The position numbers and the translations under genes are program-made. Below, piece by piece: positions 24,830-39,050 of a stretch of DNA of 64,000 nucleotides (the first letter of the stretch is position 1; the number at the start of each line of letters is the position of its first letter). This DNA comes from Octopus sinensis. Taxonomy: Eukaryota. Under the pieces are notes generated by a model. That model was not told the origin of the DNA, did not search any database, and saw only the letters and a program-made list of their open reading frames with translations. The stretch covers positions 12,400,001 through 12,464,000 of the forward strand of contig NC_043010.1 in NCBI RefSeq assembly GCF_006345805.1. Direction: 5' to 3'.

Positions 24830-25385
24830 CAGGCAGGGGCGGAAGAGGCAGATGAGAGGAGGAGAGAATGGGGGAGAGGAGGAGGAGGAAATGAGGAAGG
24901 AGGAGGAGGAGAAGCAGCAGGAAGCAGAAGGAGCAGGAAGGAGGAGGAAGGGGAGAAGATGGAGGGAGAAGGAAATGGAGAAGATGAAGAGAAAAGGAGG
25001 AACAGGGAGAAGGAAGGAGCAGGGGAGGGGGTGAAGAGGAGGTGAAGGAGGTGGAGGAGGAGAAGCAGGAAGAAGGCGGAAGGGGGAGAAGATGGAGGGA
25101 GAAGGAAAGGGAGAAGATGGAGAGAAGAGGTGGAGGAGGAGGAATGAGGAGGAAGGGGAGAAGGTGGAAGGAGAAGGAAAGGGAGAAGATGGAGAAAAGA
25201 GGAAGAGGAGGGAGAAGGACAGAGGAGGGGAAGGGGAGGATGAGGAGGAGAAGGAGGTTAGGAGGAAGGCGAAAGAAGAAGAGAGGCAGAAGGGGTAGAG
25301 GGGAGGAAGAAGAGGTGGGGTAGAAGAGGAGGAAGGAGGAAGAGGGTAAGGCGTGGTCAGATGGGAGGGGCAGTGGAAAGGGAAC
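24830..25385. repeat. GA/GGA-rich low-complexity tract
   Basis: Polypurine with repeated aagggggagaagatggagggagaaggaaa; similar tracts at 26333-26550, 28283-28610 and 30478-30838. Confidence 0.85.
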
Positions 25386-25455
25386 AGGGTCAACAATGCT
25401 GTCATAGAAATTTCAATGAAAATAACAGCAAAAGCGTCTGTCATTGAATGAAGTA

Positions 25456-25681
25456 TACTCTTTATACTCTTTTACTCTTTTACTTGTTTCAGTCATTTGA
25501 CTGCGGCCATGCTGGAGCACCGCCTTTAGTCGAGCAAATCGACCCCGGGACTTATTCTTTATAAGCCCAGTACTTATTCAATCGGTCTCTTTTGCCGAAC
25601 CGCTAAGTGACGGGGACGTAAACACACCAGCATCGGTTGTCAAGCAATGCTAGAGGGACAAACACAGACACACAAACATAT

Positions 25682-25717
<36 letters not shown>

Positions 25718-25890
25718 ATATATACGACAGGCTTCTTTCAGTTTCCGTCTACCAAATCCACTCACAAGGCATTGGTCGGCCCGAGGCTATAGCAGAAGAC
25801 ACTTGCCCAAGTTGCCACGCAGTGGGACTGAACCCGGAACCATGTGGTTGGTAAGCAAGCTACTTACCACACAGCCACTCCTGCGCCTAT
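25456..25890 (-). mobile_element. SINE family A, full length
   Basis: Reverse complement of 24204-24618. Confidence 0.92.
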
Positions 25891-26164
25891 GTATAGGAAC
25901 ATTTGAATGCAAAAGATCACTTGTAAGCCTTATGGCAGGGTTTTACGCCAGTTCTTAACCCCAGTTGTTTTGTGTGAAACAGACAGAATTAATAATTCTT
26001 TGGACAGTCCAACACAAGATGTCAAATACTTTTTTTCTGTTATTTTTGCCTAGTGACAGTAGAAATTTTACTGGAACAGGAAAACCATTTTATCCATACA
26101 AGGTTTATGTGTATCAAATAACTTGGAAAAGGAGTAAAATGGGAAAAGGAAATTCTATACTACA

Positions 26165-26905
26165 TAGGGGGAGGTCTGACTATAGGGTTAAGAAGCTGGT
26201 TTTGCATCCATGTGGTTTCAGGTTCAGTCCCACTGCATGGTGCCTGAACAAGTGTCCTCTGTTATAGCCATGTGACAATCAATGACTTGTGAATGAATTT
26301 GATGGATAGAAACTGTGTGGAAGCCCATCGTAGGAGGAGGAGGGGGAAGATGGGCGGAGGAGGAAAATGAAGTGGAGGAGGGGAAGAAGAGAAGGAAGGG
26401 AAGAAGAGGAGGAAGAGAGGCAGTGGGGGAAGAGGAGGAAGGGAGGAGGTGGGGAAGGGGTGGAAGATAAGGCAGAAGGAGAGGAAGAAGCAAGGAAGAG
26501 GGGCAGGAGCAGGAAAAGGAAGAGGAGGAGGAGTGGCAGAAGAGGAGGAAGATTATGTGTGTGTATGTGCATGCATGTGTGTATGCATGTGTGCGTGCAT
26601 GTGTGTGTGCATGTGTGTCGGTATGTGTGTATGTGTGTGTGCGCATGTCTTTGTATGCATATGTGTGTGTGTGCCTGTGTTTGTTAGTGTGTTTGAGTCA
26701 GTGTTTTCCACCCCCCCCAACTTGACAACCAGTGTTGGTTTGTTTACGTCCCTTATAACTTAGTGGTTCAGCAAAAGGGACTGACGAAATAAGAACCACG
26801 CTTAAAAAATAAGTACAAGGAATGATTCTTTTGACTAAAACCCTTCAAGCTTGTGTGCCCCTGCATGACTGCAATCCAATGACTGAAACAAGTAGGAAAA
26901 GAAAA
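26165..26905 (+). mobile_element. Older SINE family A relative with expanded internal simple repeats
   Basis: Head, core and tail recognisable around GA- and TG-rich expansions. Confidence 0.65.
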
Positions 26906-27011
26906 AAAGGTAAGATAATTCCAGCTCCTATAAAATACTTATCATTGGGAAGAAAAACATATATACCAACCCACCTGTGACAAACCCTGCTTTTATGACA
27001 CAAACTTCCTA

Positions 27012-27233
27012 TACTCTTTACTCTTTACTCTTTTACTTGTTTCAGTCATTTGACTGCGGCCATGCTGGAGCACCGCCTTTAGTCGAGCAAATCGACCCCG
27101 GGACTTATTCTTTGTAAGCCCAGTACTTATTCTATCGGTCTCTTTTTGCCAAACTGCTAAGTTATGGGGGCGTAAACACACCAGCATCGGTTGTCAAGCA
27201 ATGCTAGGGGGACAAACACAGGGGGGAAAACAT

Positions 27234-27268
<35 letters not shown>

Positions 27269-27432
27269 TGACAGGCTTCTTTCAGTTTCCGTCTACCAAA
27301 TCCACTCACATGGCATTGGTCGGCCCGAGGCTATAGCAGAAGACACTTGCCCAAGATGCCATGCAGTGGGACTGAACCCGGAACCATGTGGTTGGTAAAC
27401 AAGCTATTTACCACACAGCCACTCCTGCGCCT
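27012..27432 (-). mobile_element. SINE family A, full length
   Basis: Same sequence family as above. Confidence 0.92.
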
Positions 27433-27595
27433 ATGTTAAATTGATATAAATTAAAACCGGCCACCTAATTATATGTTAATTTATGTTCCAAATACCAGCT
27501 TAACAATAATTTTATTTTCATTTTTTTTTAGAAATTTGTCTTAATTTTCAAAATTAATTAAAACAAAAGGCAGTGTTTTTAAGCTGAAACATGGT

Positions 27596-27998
27596 CAGGA
27601 GTGGCTGTATGGTAAGTAGCTTGCTAACCAACCACATGGTTCCGGGTTCAGTCCCACTGCGTGGCATCTTGGGCAAGTGTCTTCTGCTATAGCCCCAGGC
27701 CAACCAATGCCTTGTGAGTGGATTTGGTTGACGGAAACTGAAAGAAGCCTGTCGTATATATGTATGTATATATATATGTGTGCGTATGTGTGTGTGTTTG
27801 TCCCCCTAGCATTGTCTGACAACCGATGCTGGTGTGTTTACGTCCCCGTCACTTAGCGGTTCGGCAAAAGAGACCGATAGAATAAGTACTGGGCTTACAA
27901 AGAATAAGTCCCGGGGTCGATTTGCTCGTCTAAAGGCGGTGCTCCAGCATGGCTGCAGTCAAATGACTGAAACAAGTAAAAGAGAGTAAAATAGAGTA
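27596..27998 (+). mobile_element. SINE family A, near full length
   Basis: Same family; inverted relative to 27012-27432. Confidence 0.92.
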
Positions 27999-29025
27999 GT
28001 TACAAGACATTTTGGTGAAAAACATAGATTTATTGAACTGAATTCCTCCCACAAACAACCAAGCATTGATGAATAAATAATGCACAGATATAAATAATAG
28101 TTTTAATTAAATATTTAACCCAGTCAGGTGTAGACTTGTGATCATGGAACAGAACATCCTGCTTCAGTTTTCATGATTTGCAGTAACATATATCAAAGCA
28201 AACAGCTTAGGTATACAATGAGGATGATGTCGACGACGACAATGATGGTGATGTCGAGACGACGATGGTGATGATGATGATGCAGAAGAGGAAGGGGAGG
28301 AAGAGGAGGAGGAAAAGGAACAGGAGAGTGAAGAGGAGAAAGGGAGGAAGAGGAGGGGAGGAGGAGGAGGAAAAGGAACAGGAGAGTGAAGAGGAGAAAG
28401 GGAGGAAGAGGAGAGGAGAATGAGGAGGGGAGGAGGAAGGGGATGATGAAGATGAGGGGGAGAAGAAGAAAATGGGGGGAGGGGAGGAGGAGAGGAAGAG
28501 GGGGAGGAGGAGGGGAGAGGGGGAGGAAGGGGAGGAAGAAGAGCAGGAGTAGGAGCAGGAAAAGGAAGGGGAGCAGCAGGAGGAGGGAAGAAGAGAAGGA
28601 GGAGAAGAAGACACACACATATATAATAATGAACTCTCTCATTGTTAGATGACATATGAGGGTACAACAATTTCTTACCAAACAACCACACAGATGATTT
28701 GTTTATAGTGATCAAATGTTTGTGTAGACATAAGCCCTCTCCCTCCATCAGATCAACATTACCTGTACAGGTGCAACTGGGTGCCACATGTCATGTCAGA
28801 TATTGAAATGATTGCAGAGCACTCAGCTGGCAAAAATTAGTTGTACCTGTAATTCAAAGGGCCAGCCCTGTCCCATTCTGTGTCACAGTGAATCTCCCTC
28901 AGAACTACGTTAAGGGTATACATGTTTATGGAATGCTCAGCCACTTGTATGTTAATTTCATGAGCAAGCTGTGCCATTGACTGTATCAACTGGGACCTCC
29001 ATCATCATAACCAATGGAATGCTCC

Positions 29026-29079
<54 letters not shown>

Positions 29080-29214
29080 AAGGGATGACCTGTAAGTGGA
29101 CATCCATTATGCTAGAAGAAGATTGCTATGGTCCATGGTTTTAAATTGATATTAATCAAATTAATATTCAATTTTTCACCCTTATTATTTTAAATTTATA
29201 CACACACACACCAC

Positions 29215-29262
<48 letters not shown>

Positions 29263-29268
29263 CCAGAG

Positions 29269-29460
29269 TAAGCACATAAGCATGAAACAAGGTGGAAAAA
29301 ATCGTACTTGAATACCAGAGGTAGAGTAATATGCTTTATAAATAAAGTTGCAAAGACATCACAAAAGCTGTTACTCAGAGTTTCACGTTCCCATTTATCG
29401 ATAATAACTGATGAGGATTTGGCAACGTTCCGCATCTTGTTTTCCATTCGTTTGTGCTTA
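29269..29460. repeat. Internally deleted foldback element with hammerhead-core remnants
   Basis: taagcacataagcatgaaacaagg pairs with cttgtttccattcgtttgtgctta; GAAACTCTGAGTA on - strand (29372-29384); CTGATGA on + strand (29408-29414). Confidence 0.6.
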
Positions 29461-31463
29461 TACATATCGTGTTTTTTTTAAACTTATGATACACACACAC
29501 AGACACACATATTTGAGTGTGTGTGTGTGGTGGGGGGACGTTGTCATAAGTTTAAAAAAAAAACAATATATATATTTTCAAACCAATAGAAAATAAGAAT
29601 TGCCAAATTCTTACCAGTTATCATCCAAAGGATCTCTGCAATTTCCTGTATAAATGTTTGTGTATATGTGTTTATGTTTTTGCTAGCTATCCCCATCCCC
29701 CACTGCTTGACAACCAGTGTTGCTTTGTTTACATTCTCATAACTTAACAGTTCAGCAAAAGTGATTAACAGAATAAGTACCTGACTTAATCATTAGTGCA
29801 GAGTCAATCTGTTCAACTAAAACCCTTTAAAGGGTTTTCGTTGAATACAGTATGACTGCAGTCCAATGATTGAAGCAAGTAAAAGATTAAAAAAAATTTT
29901 TTTTTTCTTTTTGCTCTCTCGTAACAACATGTCCACTATTCAGAGGGAATACAAAAGGAAAAAAAATACAGTTTAGGGGCATCATGTTTGAAATTACATC
30001 CTGTCAATGTTGACTTAGGTTGTTGTATATAAAAAGAGCTACAAGTCTGGTAGGAGGACCAAATTATTGCATTGACAATATCTATACTTGCTACAAGAAC
30101 CCTTCAGTTCTTATCAAGCCTCCAATCTGTTTACATTAAAGAAAATCAGTAGAATCATTCCCATGAATAGACATTCTCAGCTTCAGTTAACAACCATAAA
30201 AATAAGACATTAAATGTTCCTAAAATATCTTCCAAATATTTCATTTGATGAAAGATTATCCCTTACAAAATTTTTCTGTATGTTATTATTCCTCCTAAAT
30301 TGTTGCCATTTACTTGCTAATGCTTCTTCCTATCTCTACATAGCCCTAGAAAAATGGCTGAAATATCTGCTTGGTTTCTTAGTTTTAATGACAATAAAAC
30401 TGGTGTCAACACATTTTATCATCAAAAACAAGAGAACGCCAAGTAAATAAGTGTAAGCTTTGCGAGAAATAAACATAAAGAGAAGGAGAGGAGAAGAGAG
30501 AAAGAAAGAAAGAAAGGAAAGAGACAAAGAGTGATAGAGAAAGTGCAAGAAAGTGTGCAGGAGAGAGAGAGAGGGTGTATAAGAGAGAGTAGAAAGAGAA
30601 AGAGAAAGAAAGAAAGGAAGAGACAAAGAGTGATAGAGAAAGTGCAAGAAAGTGTGCAGGAGAGAGAGAGGGTGGAGAGAGAGAGAGAGGGTGTATAAGA
30701 GAGAGTAGAAAGAGAAAGAGAAAGAAAGAAAGGAAAGAGACAAAGAGTGATAGAGAAAGTGCAAGAAAGTGTGCAGGAGAGAGAGAGGGTGAGAGAGAGA
30801 GAGAGAGAGAGAGAGTAGAAAGAGAAAGAGAAAGAAAATATCAGTTTATTTATTGGATATCTTTACACTTAATGATCAGTTCCATCTATTTACATGAAAG
30901 CACTGTATTTGAACATTTTCTTTTTAGATCTACGCACTTCATTTCCATTATATATATTTCTTCTCATCAGTTAGCATTAGCCAAAGACAATAAACAAACA
31001 GCTACAGACTAAATATAAAAATAAAACCTATACAATATCTCTAATCAATAACAGCCAATGATATGTAATGCATTTATTAAACAAATATAAAAACTATTTC
31101 TTGTCAATAACGTAGTGAAGAATGTAAAGAGAGGTTTTATTATATTCTTCGTCATCACCATAATAATTGCTATAATCACTATAATCATCATCATCATCAT
31201 CTCCACCTTAATACCAGCTCCCATCATTCCATACCTAACCATAAACCAACATTATCAGTCTTATTATTGTTGTTTCCTCTTACAGTTATTATCATAGTCC
31301 ACACCAGGAATGCTCCTGACACATTTTTTTTTGCAATATTTCACCCTCATTCATATTTCATATCTACCCACTGAAAATGTCCCTAAAGTCCTCATATAAA
31401 ACATAACAAAAAAAAATTTTATGCCTTAAGACCAAAACATCAGCTCAATATAACCATTCTACA

Positions 31464-31552
31464 AGGCAGCAAGTTGGCAGAAGCATTAGCACACCAGGCA
31501 AAATCCTTAGCAGCATTTCATCCGTCTTAATATTGTTGTTGCTGTTGCTATG

Positions 31553-31590
<38 letters not shown>

Positions 31591-31847
31591 CATTGTTATT
31601 ATTATCATCATCATTATTAAGGTGGCGAACTGGCAGAATGAAATCTCGTCAGAATGAAAGCACGTCAGGTGAAATGCTTAGCGATATTTTGTCTGCCGTT
31701 AAGTTCTGAGTTCAAATTCCTCCAAGGTTGACTTCGCCTTTCATCCTGTCAGGGTCGATAAAATAAGTACCAGTAGAACACTGGGGTCAATATAATCAAC
31801 TAATCTTCACCTCTGCTGAGCTGCCCTTGAGGCAAAAATTTGAAATG

Positions 31848-31895
<48 letters not shown>

Positions 31896-32330
31896 ATTAT
31901 TATTATTATAATTATTATTATTATTATTATTATTATTATCATCATCATCATCATTAAGGTGGCGAGCTGGCAGAATTGTTAGCCCACTGGACAAAATGCT
32001 TAGTCACTAAGTTCTGAGTTCAAATCTCGCCAAGGTTGACTTTGCCTTTCATTGTTTCAGGGGCCAATAAATTGAGTACCAGTGAATCACTGGGGTCAAT
32101 GTAATCAACTAATCTCCTCCCACCAAATTTCAGGCCTTGTGCCTATAACTGAAAGGATTATTATATCGACCCCGAAAGGATGAAAGGCAAAGTATTCCTC
32201 CAAGGTTGCTTTGCCTTCCATCCTTTTGAGGTGAATAAAATAAGGACCGGCTAAGAACTGGGATCGATGTAATCAACTTTCCGCTCCCACAAGTTTCAGA
32301 CCTTGTGCCTGTTGTAGAATGGATTATTAT
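31464..32330 (+). mobile_element. Cluster of 3-4 SINE family B copies separated by (ATT)n
   Basis: Heads aaggtggcgagctggcagaa at ~31464, 31619 and 31956; tails end in (att)n. Confidence 0.85.
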
Positions 32331-32939
32331 TACTATTTTTTACTTTCCCTCTGCATGTTTGTTATAGTTACTTGCCGAGACACACCCAGCATCCTAGGGA
32401 GAGTGAAGGCTAAGAGATGTTACAGCATGGCTGAAAGTTTGGGGAGGGGAAGTAGCAAAATATCTTCATGTAATACAACACAGACATTTAAATGGATAAG
32501 GTTTTTCTAAGGATGTGGTCTTTTTTACCAAACTGCTAAGTTACAGGAATGTAAACACACCAACACCGGTTGTCAAGCAGTGATGGGGGGATTGACACAT
32601 ACACACATAGTATAATCTTTTGGATTTCTCTGAGACATGGTTCTCCTGGGATCTTATTACTATTATTATTATTATTATTATTATTATCATTATTATTATT
32701 ATTATTATTATTATTCTATGTTTGACTTTTGCTTTATGTCTCCAGAGGGGTTGACTCTAAGTTCAAATTGCTTCCCAGATCAATCCTTCTGTAATCAGAC
32801 AGTGAGGTAATTTAACTGACTTATCCCTCAATTGCCTTTGGCTGATCCTTAGGGCAGTGAGTAGTAGAAACAGCAGTAGTAGTTTTGTAGCCTTATAGTC
32901 TTTTTTGATACCTTAGAGCCTTAGAATTTTACAGATGCC

Positions 32940-33715
32940 TAATAATCATCACATCAGAATTCTCTGTACAAGGACAGGAACTAGAAATAGTGCAGCTGTT
33001 CAAATAGCCGAAGGAAATTTTTGATGATAAAGGATCAAAGACCAGAAATCCTTACAAAAACTACTCAGAAAATGACTGCATTAAAATTAAATCAGTATGA
33101 GGAGATAGAAATATCAGAATGGAAATCAAAATCAGGCTCTTGCATGATGAGTTACTACTTCATCTTTCCATATACATGTGTGACATGGACAATCACTGCA
33201 GAGATAGAGAGAAAGATACAGACATTGGGAATGAGATGCTTTCTCAGCATCTTAAATAACACATACTTGCACCACATCACCTTCAAAGAACTATGGAGAA
33301 AGAGAAGAGGTGGAAGGAGAACAAAAATGGATGGTAAATCGCTATTTTGAAAATCAGTCTCTTTGACAAGATCAGGAATAAAGAGAACCTCTGGCACTCT
33401 GGTCTGCCTCCAATAATAATAAAAAAAAAACCCTCATTGATAGAAATTTACATTGGTTGGGACACGTACACAGGATGGACAACAGCAGAATGCCCAGACA
33501 AATCTTTTTCTCCTGACTATGCAAGGTGAAAAGAAACCATAGAAAACCTAGATTTAGATTCAAAGATATTGGACAAAGGAATATGAAGTGGAAAGGAATT
33601 GACCATGATAAATGTCAAACTCGAGCAAAGAACTAACCAGTATGGAGAAAACTCATCAAGTCATGCCAAAGCCATGCACAGTCATAATCATGACGACTGA
33701 CTGCAAATAATAATG
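32940..33715 (+). mobile_element. Decayed RTE-like LINE 3' fragment
   Basis: TWTITAEIERKIQTLGMRCFLSILN, W(L)GHVHRM and a KRNHRKPRFRFKD-like C-terminus. Confidence 0.7.
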
Positions 33716-33716
33716 A

Positions 33717-33762
<46 letters not shown>

Positions 33763-33789
33763 TAGTAGTTTTATTTTTATTTTTATAGC

Positions 33790-34020
33790 GTGCTTTCACT
33801 TCACTACCGAGCGCAGCTCTGTGTGCCTTGGGTATGTGCTGTGATTTGTTGTGATGCTCTGATGGTTATTGTATTGAAAGTGTTCTGCGTAGGATGTGTG
33901 CAGTGCCCAGTAGTGCAATTTTATGTATGTTATATGTGTTTGTAAGTCCTGGTGTTTTTGTTATGTATTTGTCTGAATATTTTTTATCATGCCTAATGCA
34001 CCTACTATGATAGGAATTGT
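33790..34020 (-). mobile_element. R4/Dong-like LINE 3' end in a (TAA)n array
   Basis: KYITKTPGLTNTYNIHKIALLGTAHILRRTLSIQ*, typical restriction-like-endonuclease LINE C-terminus; flanked by TAA repeats. Confidence 0.75.
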
Positions 34021-34030
34021 TATTATTATT

Positions 34031-34081
<51 letters not shown>

Positions 34082-34084
34082 TAG

Positions 34085-34399
34085 AATAAGCACCACATTA
34101 CAAAGGAGCAGGTCTGCAAAACAATCCAGCATGATATTGGCCCCCAGAAAGAGCTTCTCATAATGGTGAAGGAAAGAAAGCCGTGATAGTACAGACGTGT
34201 AACAAGGATCCAATACCCTTGTAAAGATCATTCTTCAAAGAACAATGCATAGTCATCTTCTTGTGTTTTTCCAATCCAAAGAATATTTTAATATCCAAGC
34301 TAAAATGATGGTACAGGGAGATTCTCCGGTGGGACCTTCTATGGCAAACAATTTAAGGTTGTCCATGAAGAGTAAATGGTAGATAAACTCTCACACTTC

Positions 34400-34443
<44 letters not shown>

Positions 34444-34760
34444 TTCCCTCTTTCTCTCTTTCTGTAGTACCATTAATAAGTTTTTTTTTTATTATTAACC
34501 AAGTGAAGAGCAACAAAGATAGGATGAAATGACGATCACTTTGAAACATCCCAGTAGATGTTCCTGTGACATTGGAGATAAAAACCATGGCATTGTTGAC
34601 TTCCATAAGAACTGTCTGCTACTTCTGCACTGCTTTCTTTAGTGAAGTTTATTCACCACAATATCTTAAAATCGATGCCCTTCTAGGTTTTGGTAAACCA
34701 GACCTATGGGACTGAATTAAAGATCTTGCATTCAATCCAGGCAGCACAAGACAGCTGGCT
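34085..34760 (-). pseudogene. Decayed RT fragment of an R4/Dong-like LINE
   Basis: AWIECKIFNSVP and HLLFMDNLKLFA motifs, interrupted by CT/CA microsatellite. Confidence 0.65.
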
Positions 34761-34829
34761 TCTTCATCATCATCATCATCGTCATCATCATCATCATCAC
34801 CACCACCACCAACACCACCACCCCACCAC

Positions 34830-34883
<54 letters not shown>

Positions 34884-36018
34884 CCTCTTCGTCATCACCA
34901 CTATTGTTAGTGGCAGCCATGGCAGGAGCAGCATCGTTATCGTCATCGTCATTGTTTCACCTTCATGTAAATAAAGACTGCGTCTTTGAATTCCCTTAGT
35001 GTGCCATTTTTCAGGCAATAATAAGATACTAATTCCTCTCAGAACACCTTTAACCAAAGCTACACCTCTTAAGTTAAAAACAGAAATTTCTCTGCTAGAA
35101 ATAAAGAAATGTTTCCAATGGGAATTGCCATCCATTTTATGGAACCCTAATTTCAAACTAATCTATAATTTATTTCTTTAAACTCTTCGCAGAATACAAT
35201 GGTCAACTCATTCTATTTATTTCAGACACTTAGAGTCAGTAGGGTTGTGTCATTGGCACAGAAAAAAAGCAAAATCAATAAACAGTTTTGCTAGAAGCAT
35301 ATAGATATTGTTATATTTCAGGATGGTCTTCTTTTTTTTCCGAATAACCACATGCACTATATACTCATTCTCATTTCTGCTTTATTATTATTTCATATTT
35401 TAGTGTCCTTTGCCTAAAATCTTTCATCACACATCCTGTGACCTCTTCAGCAACCCTCCATCCTATGTGTCTCCACCTGTGCTGTTTGGGCAATTTTGTG
35501 CGTGTGCATGTGTGTATTCATGTCTATGTGTTTAGTGTGTGTGTTTTGTGTGTGGGTGTGTGTATGATTTGTTTACTAAACTGTTTGTACCCATGTCTTT
35601 TATTCAGTTTTTTATTCATTTATCTATTTATTTGTTTCTCTATCATCTCCCATTCCATCTTAAGTATGTGTTTGTGTGTTTTGTGTGTATCATACTGTTT
35701 TTAGTCATCATGTTGTGTAAACATGAAATATAGAATTTAATGCATGCAAATACTAACAATGGTTACACTCATATCAGCATGAAAGTGCCTACTAGGATTA
35801 CACTTATCTCCGTATAAAGATGAGAGTGGCAACTGTTAGGCAGGCATTTGTAATCTTGATTACATGGGAATAATATTTCAGTTCCATTGTGCAGGTACCT
35901 ATACATACATATATATATATATAATTCATGTGTGTGTATCATCAATGGATCATATATAAATATATATACATACATACATGTGTATATATACATGTACCAA
36001 TATAAATATAAATGCATA

Positions 36019-36085
<67 letters not shown>

Positions 36086-37053
36086 CATATACATATACAT
36101 ACAAGCATACATGTGTATATATACATGTACCTATATAAATATAAATGCATATATATATACATGTGTGTGTGTATGTATGTATCTATGCATGTATCTATGA
36201 ACATATGTATGTATGGATGAAGGTATGTATGTATCATACAGAAGATAAAATATTCCTTACAACCTTACGCAGAAAAATAAAATAGATTGTATCTGTAGGT
36301 GGCCTTTTTTTCCTTTAATAACATCCCATACATCTCTATAACATAATACCTAGACATAGAATGATGGCTTGATGCATTATGTGCCATATTAGATGTTATA
36401 TAAGATGACTGATTCAGGGTCTTACAATTCTGATATCAAACATTTCCAAGCTTCAACCTGCTTCACAACTCCCTTGGAGATGATAAATTAGAGAGGGCCT
36501 TGAATATGCTGATTCTTGGCATTCAGTTAATCACCTATGCTCCCATTTCTTTAGAAAGGGGTTCTTGTTCTTTACTTCAAAATCTGTACTTGTGTGTTAT
36601 ATATCAATATGTGTCATAAAATACGTACGCATACGTACATGTACGCATATACATACGTGTGTGCATGTATGTATATGTATGTATGTATGTATGTATGTGT
36701 GTATGTATGTGTGTATGTATGTGTGTATGTATGTGTGTATGTATATGTATGTATGTAAGTATGTATGTATGTATGTATGTATGTATGTGTATGTATGTGT
36801 GTATGTATGTGTGTGTATGTGTGTGTTGTGTGTGTATGTGCCATATATCATTATTATCCTCCTCGTGCCAATGATACATGTGTGATGTGTGTGGCTGTGT
36901 GTGTGTATTCATCTACACACACACACACACACATATATTGATAGACAGATAGACATAAATATATATATTTACATATGTACATATATGTATATACATATCT
37001 ATCTATCAATCTATCATTGCATATAAATATATATGTATATATATAATATAAAT

Positions 37054-37097
<44 letters not shown>

Positions 37098-37419
37098 TCC
37101 ACTAAATGTTACTCATACATCATTGGTCAGTCAGCACATGTCTGAAGAATAAGTCACATACTGAAGATGGTATGCAGTGAAAATAAGCCAGAAGCCACAT
37201 ATTTGCTAAGTGAAATTTGTATCCACACTGCCTATATGCTATATGATTGCTTATGATATAGACATCTATATACAGAAAACACAGTCTACTTGAATGACTT
37301 ACAAGAAACAGTAAATAAATTATATCACTTAGTGACATTAATAGTACTGGAAGCAGACTGCAAGCAGAGCTGTATGTTTAAGAAGTTTACTTCCACAAAT
37401 TCATAGTCAGTAGGTTCAA

Positions 37420-37655
37420 TTGTGGACATGCCTACAAAGTCAGAAAACAGCTCCCATGACTTTCGGAAACATTTTTTCACGCTCAGAGTTGCTGAAGCAT
37501 GAAATAAACTGCCTGCGTCAGTTGTTGACTGCCATGACACTGCATCCTTTAAGGCCCTCATGCTTTCCAAAATCCGCCGAAACTACACCTGATTATATAT
37601 ACACTTTAGATGAGTTGTAGTGCACCTGAGCACTGTACACAATTATTATTATTAT
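37420..37655 (+). mobile_element. CR1-like LINE 3' tip
   Basis: Matches 37990-38310; (att)n tail. Confidence 0.75.
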
Positions 37656-37704
37656 TAATCTCATTCCATGGTACTTTAGGCAATTATTTTGTATCATAGC
37701 CTGA

Positions 37705-38312
37705 GAATTGACTAAGCTATGGTACGACCTCACCTGGAATTTGCATCACCGGTCTGGAACCCCTATCTTGCCCAGGATATTAATCGTCTGGAAGCCATTC
37801 AGTGACATGCAACCAAGAGAATACCCTCCATCAGGCATTTGCCATATTTTGAATGCCTTACTTCCCTGGACATGGATACATTGAAACTCCGATGTCTGGC
37901 AGCTGACTTGGCAGACACACATAAAATTATTAACCATCTTACAAACAATAACTCTGAGCACCTTTTCAAACTCCACCTGTCTAACACCCGTGGACATGTT
38001 TACAAAGTCAGATAACAACACAGCTCCCATGACTTTCGGAAACATTTTTTCATGCTAAGAGTTGCTGAAGCATGGAACAAACTGCCGGCATCAGTTGTTA
38101 GTTGTCGGAGCACTGCATCCTTCAAAACTTTCATGCTTCCTGAGATTCGCCAACACTACACCTGATTTTCTCCCCTCCATACACACACAAGCATGTATCT
38201 GACTCATACACTGTTCACTTTCCAGACATTTGTACATTACTGCATATGCTTTATACGCACTTTTGACAAGTTGTGGTGCACCTGAGCACTGTATACAATA
38301 ATTTCATTATAT
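37705..38312 (+). mobile_element. CR1-clade LINE 3' fragment
   Basis: MVRPHLEFASPVWNPYLAQDINRLEAIQ, RHLPY, TRGH..K, FFMLRVAEAWNKLP. Confidence 0.85.
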
Positions 38313-38667
38313 TAAATATTATATGAGTGGAATACAGAAGAAAGAAACTGTACAGAAGGCTGTTGTATATGTATATCCTTACAAGTAACCTTTTTAGTGC
38401 TGGTAGAATGATGAAATGCCCACTGTTTTGGTTGTGAATGGTTGGTGATAGGAAGGACAATCAGCCATAAATTAATGCATGACAAAAAGAAGATAGCCGT
38501 TAAAATAAATCAAAATGCAAAACTATAATTGCATATTCAGGACTCACAAAGTAAAGCAAGTCCCCTGTGGTATTTATTCTGCCAATGTTGTACAACAGGA
38601 GCTTCCTTGTTTCTCCCTATTGTAAATGCAGAAATGCAGTAAAACAATGTTGAAACTTGTAACCAAC

Positions 38668-38777
38668 AGGTTCAGTCCCACTGCGTGGCACCTTGGGCAA
38701 GTGTCTTCTACTATAGTCTCGGGCTGACCAAAGCCTTGTGAGTGGATTTGGTAGACGGAAACTGAAAAAAGCCCATC

Positions 38778-38829
<52 letters not shown>

Positions 38830-39050
38830 GTTTGTGTTTGTGTGTCTGTGTTTGTACCCCCAGCATTGCTTGACAACCGATGCTGGTATGTTTATGTCCC
38901 CGTCACTTAGCGGTTCAGCAAAAGAGACCGATAGAATAAGTACTAGGCTTACAAAGAATAAGTCCTGAGGGTTGATTTGCTCGACTAAATGTGGTGCTCC
39001 AGCATGGCCACAGTCAAATGACTGAAACAAGTAAAGGAGTAAAAGAGTAA
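38668..39050 (+). mobile_element. SINE family A, 5'-truncated
   Basis: Core and tail present. Confidence 0.88.
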
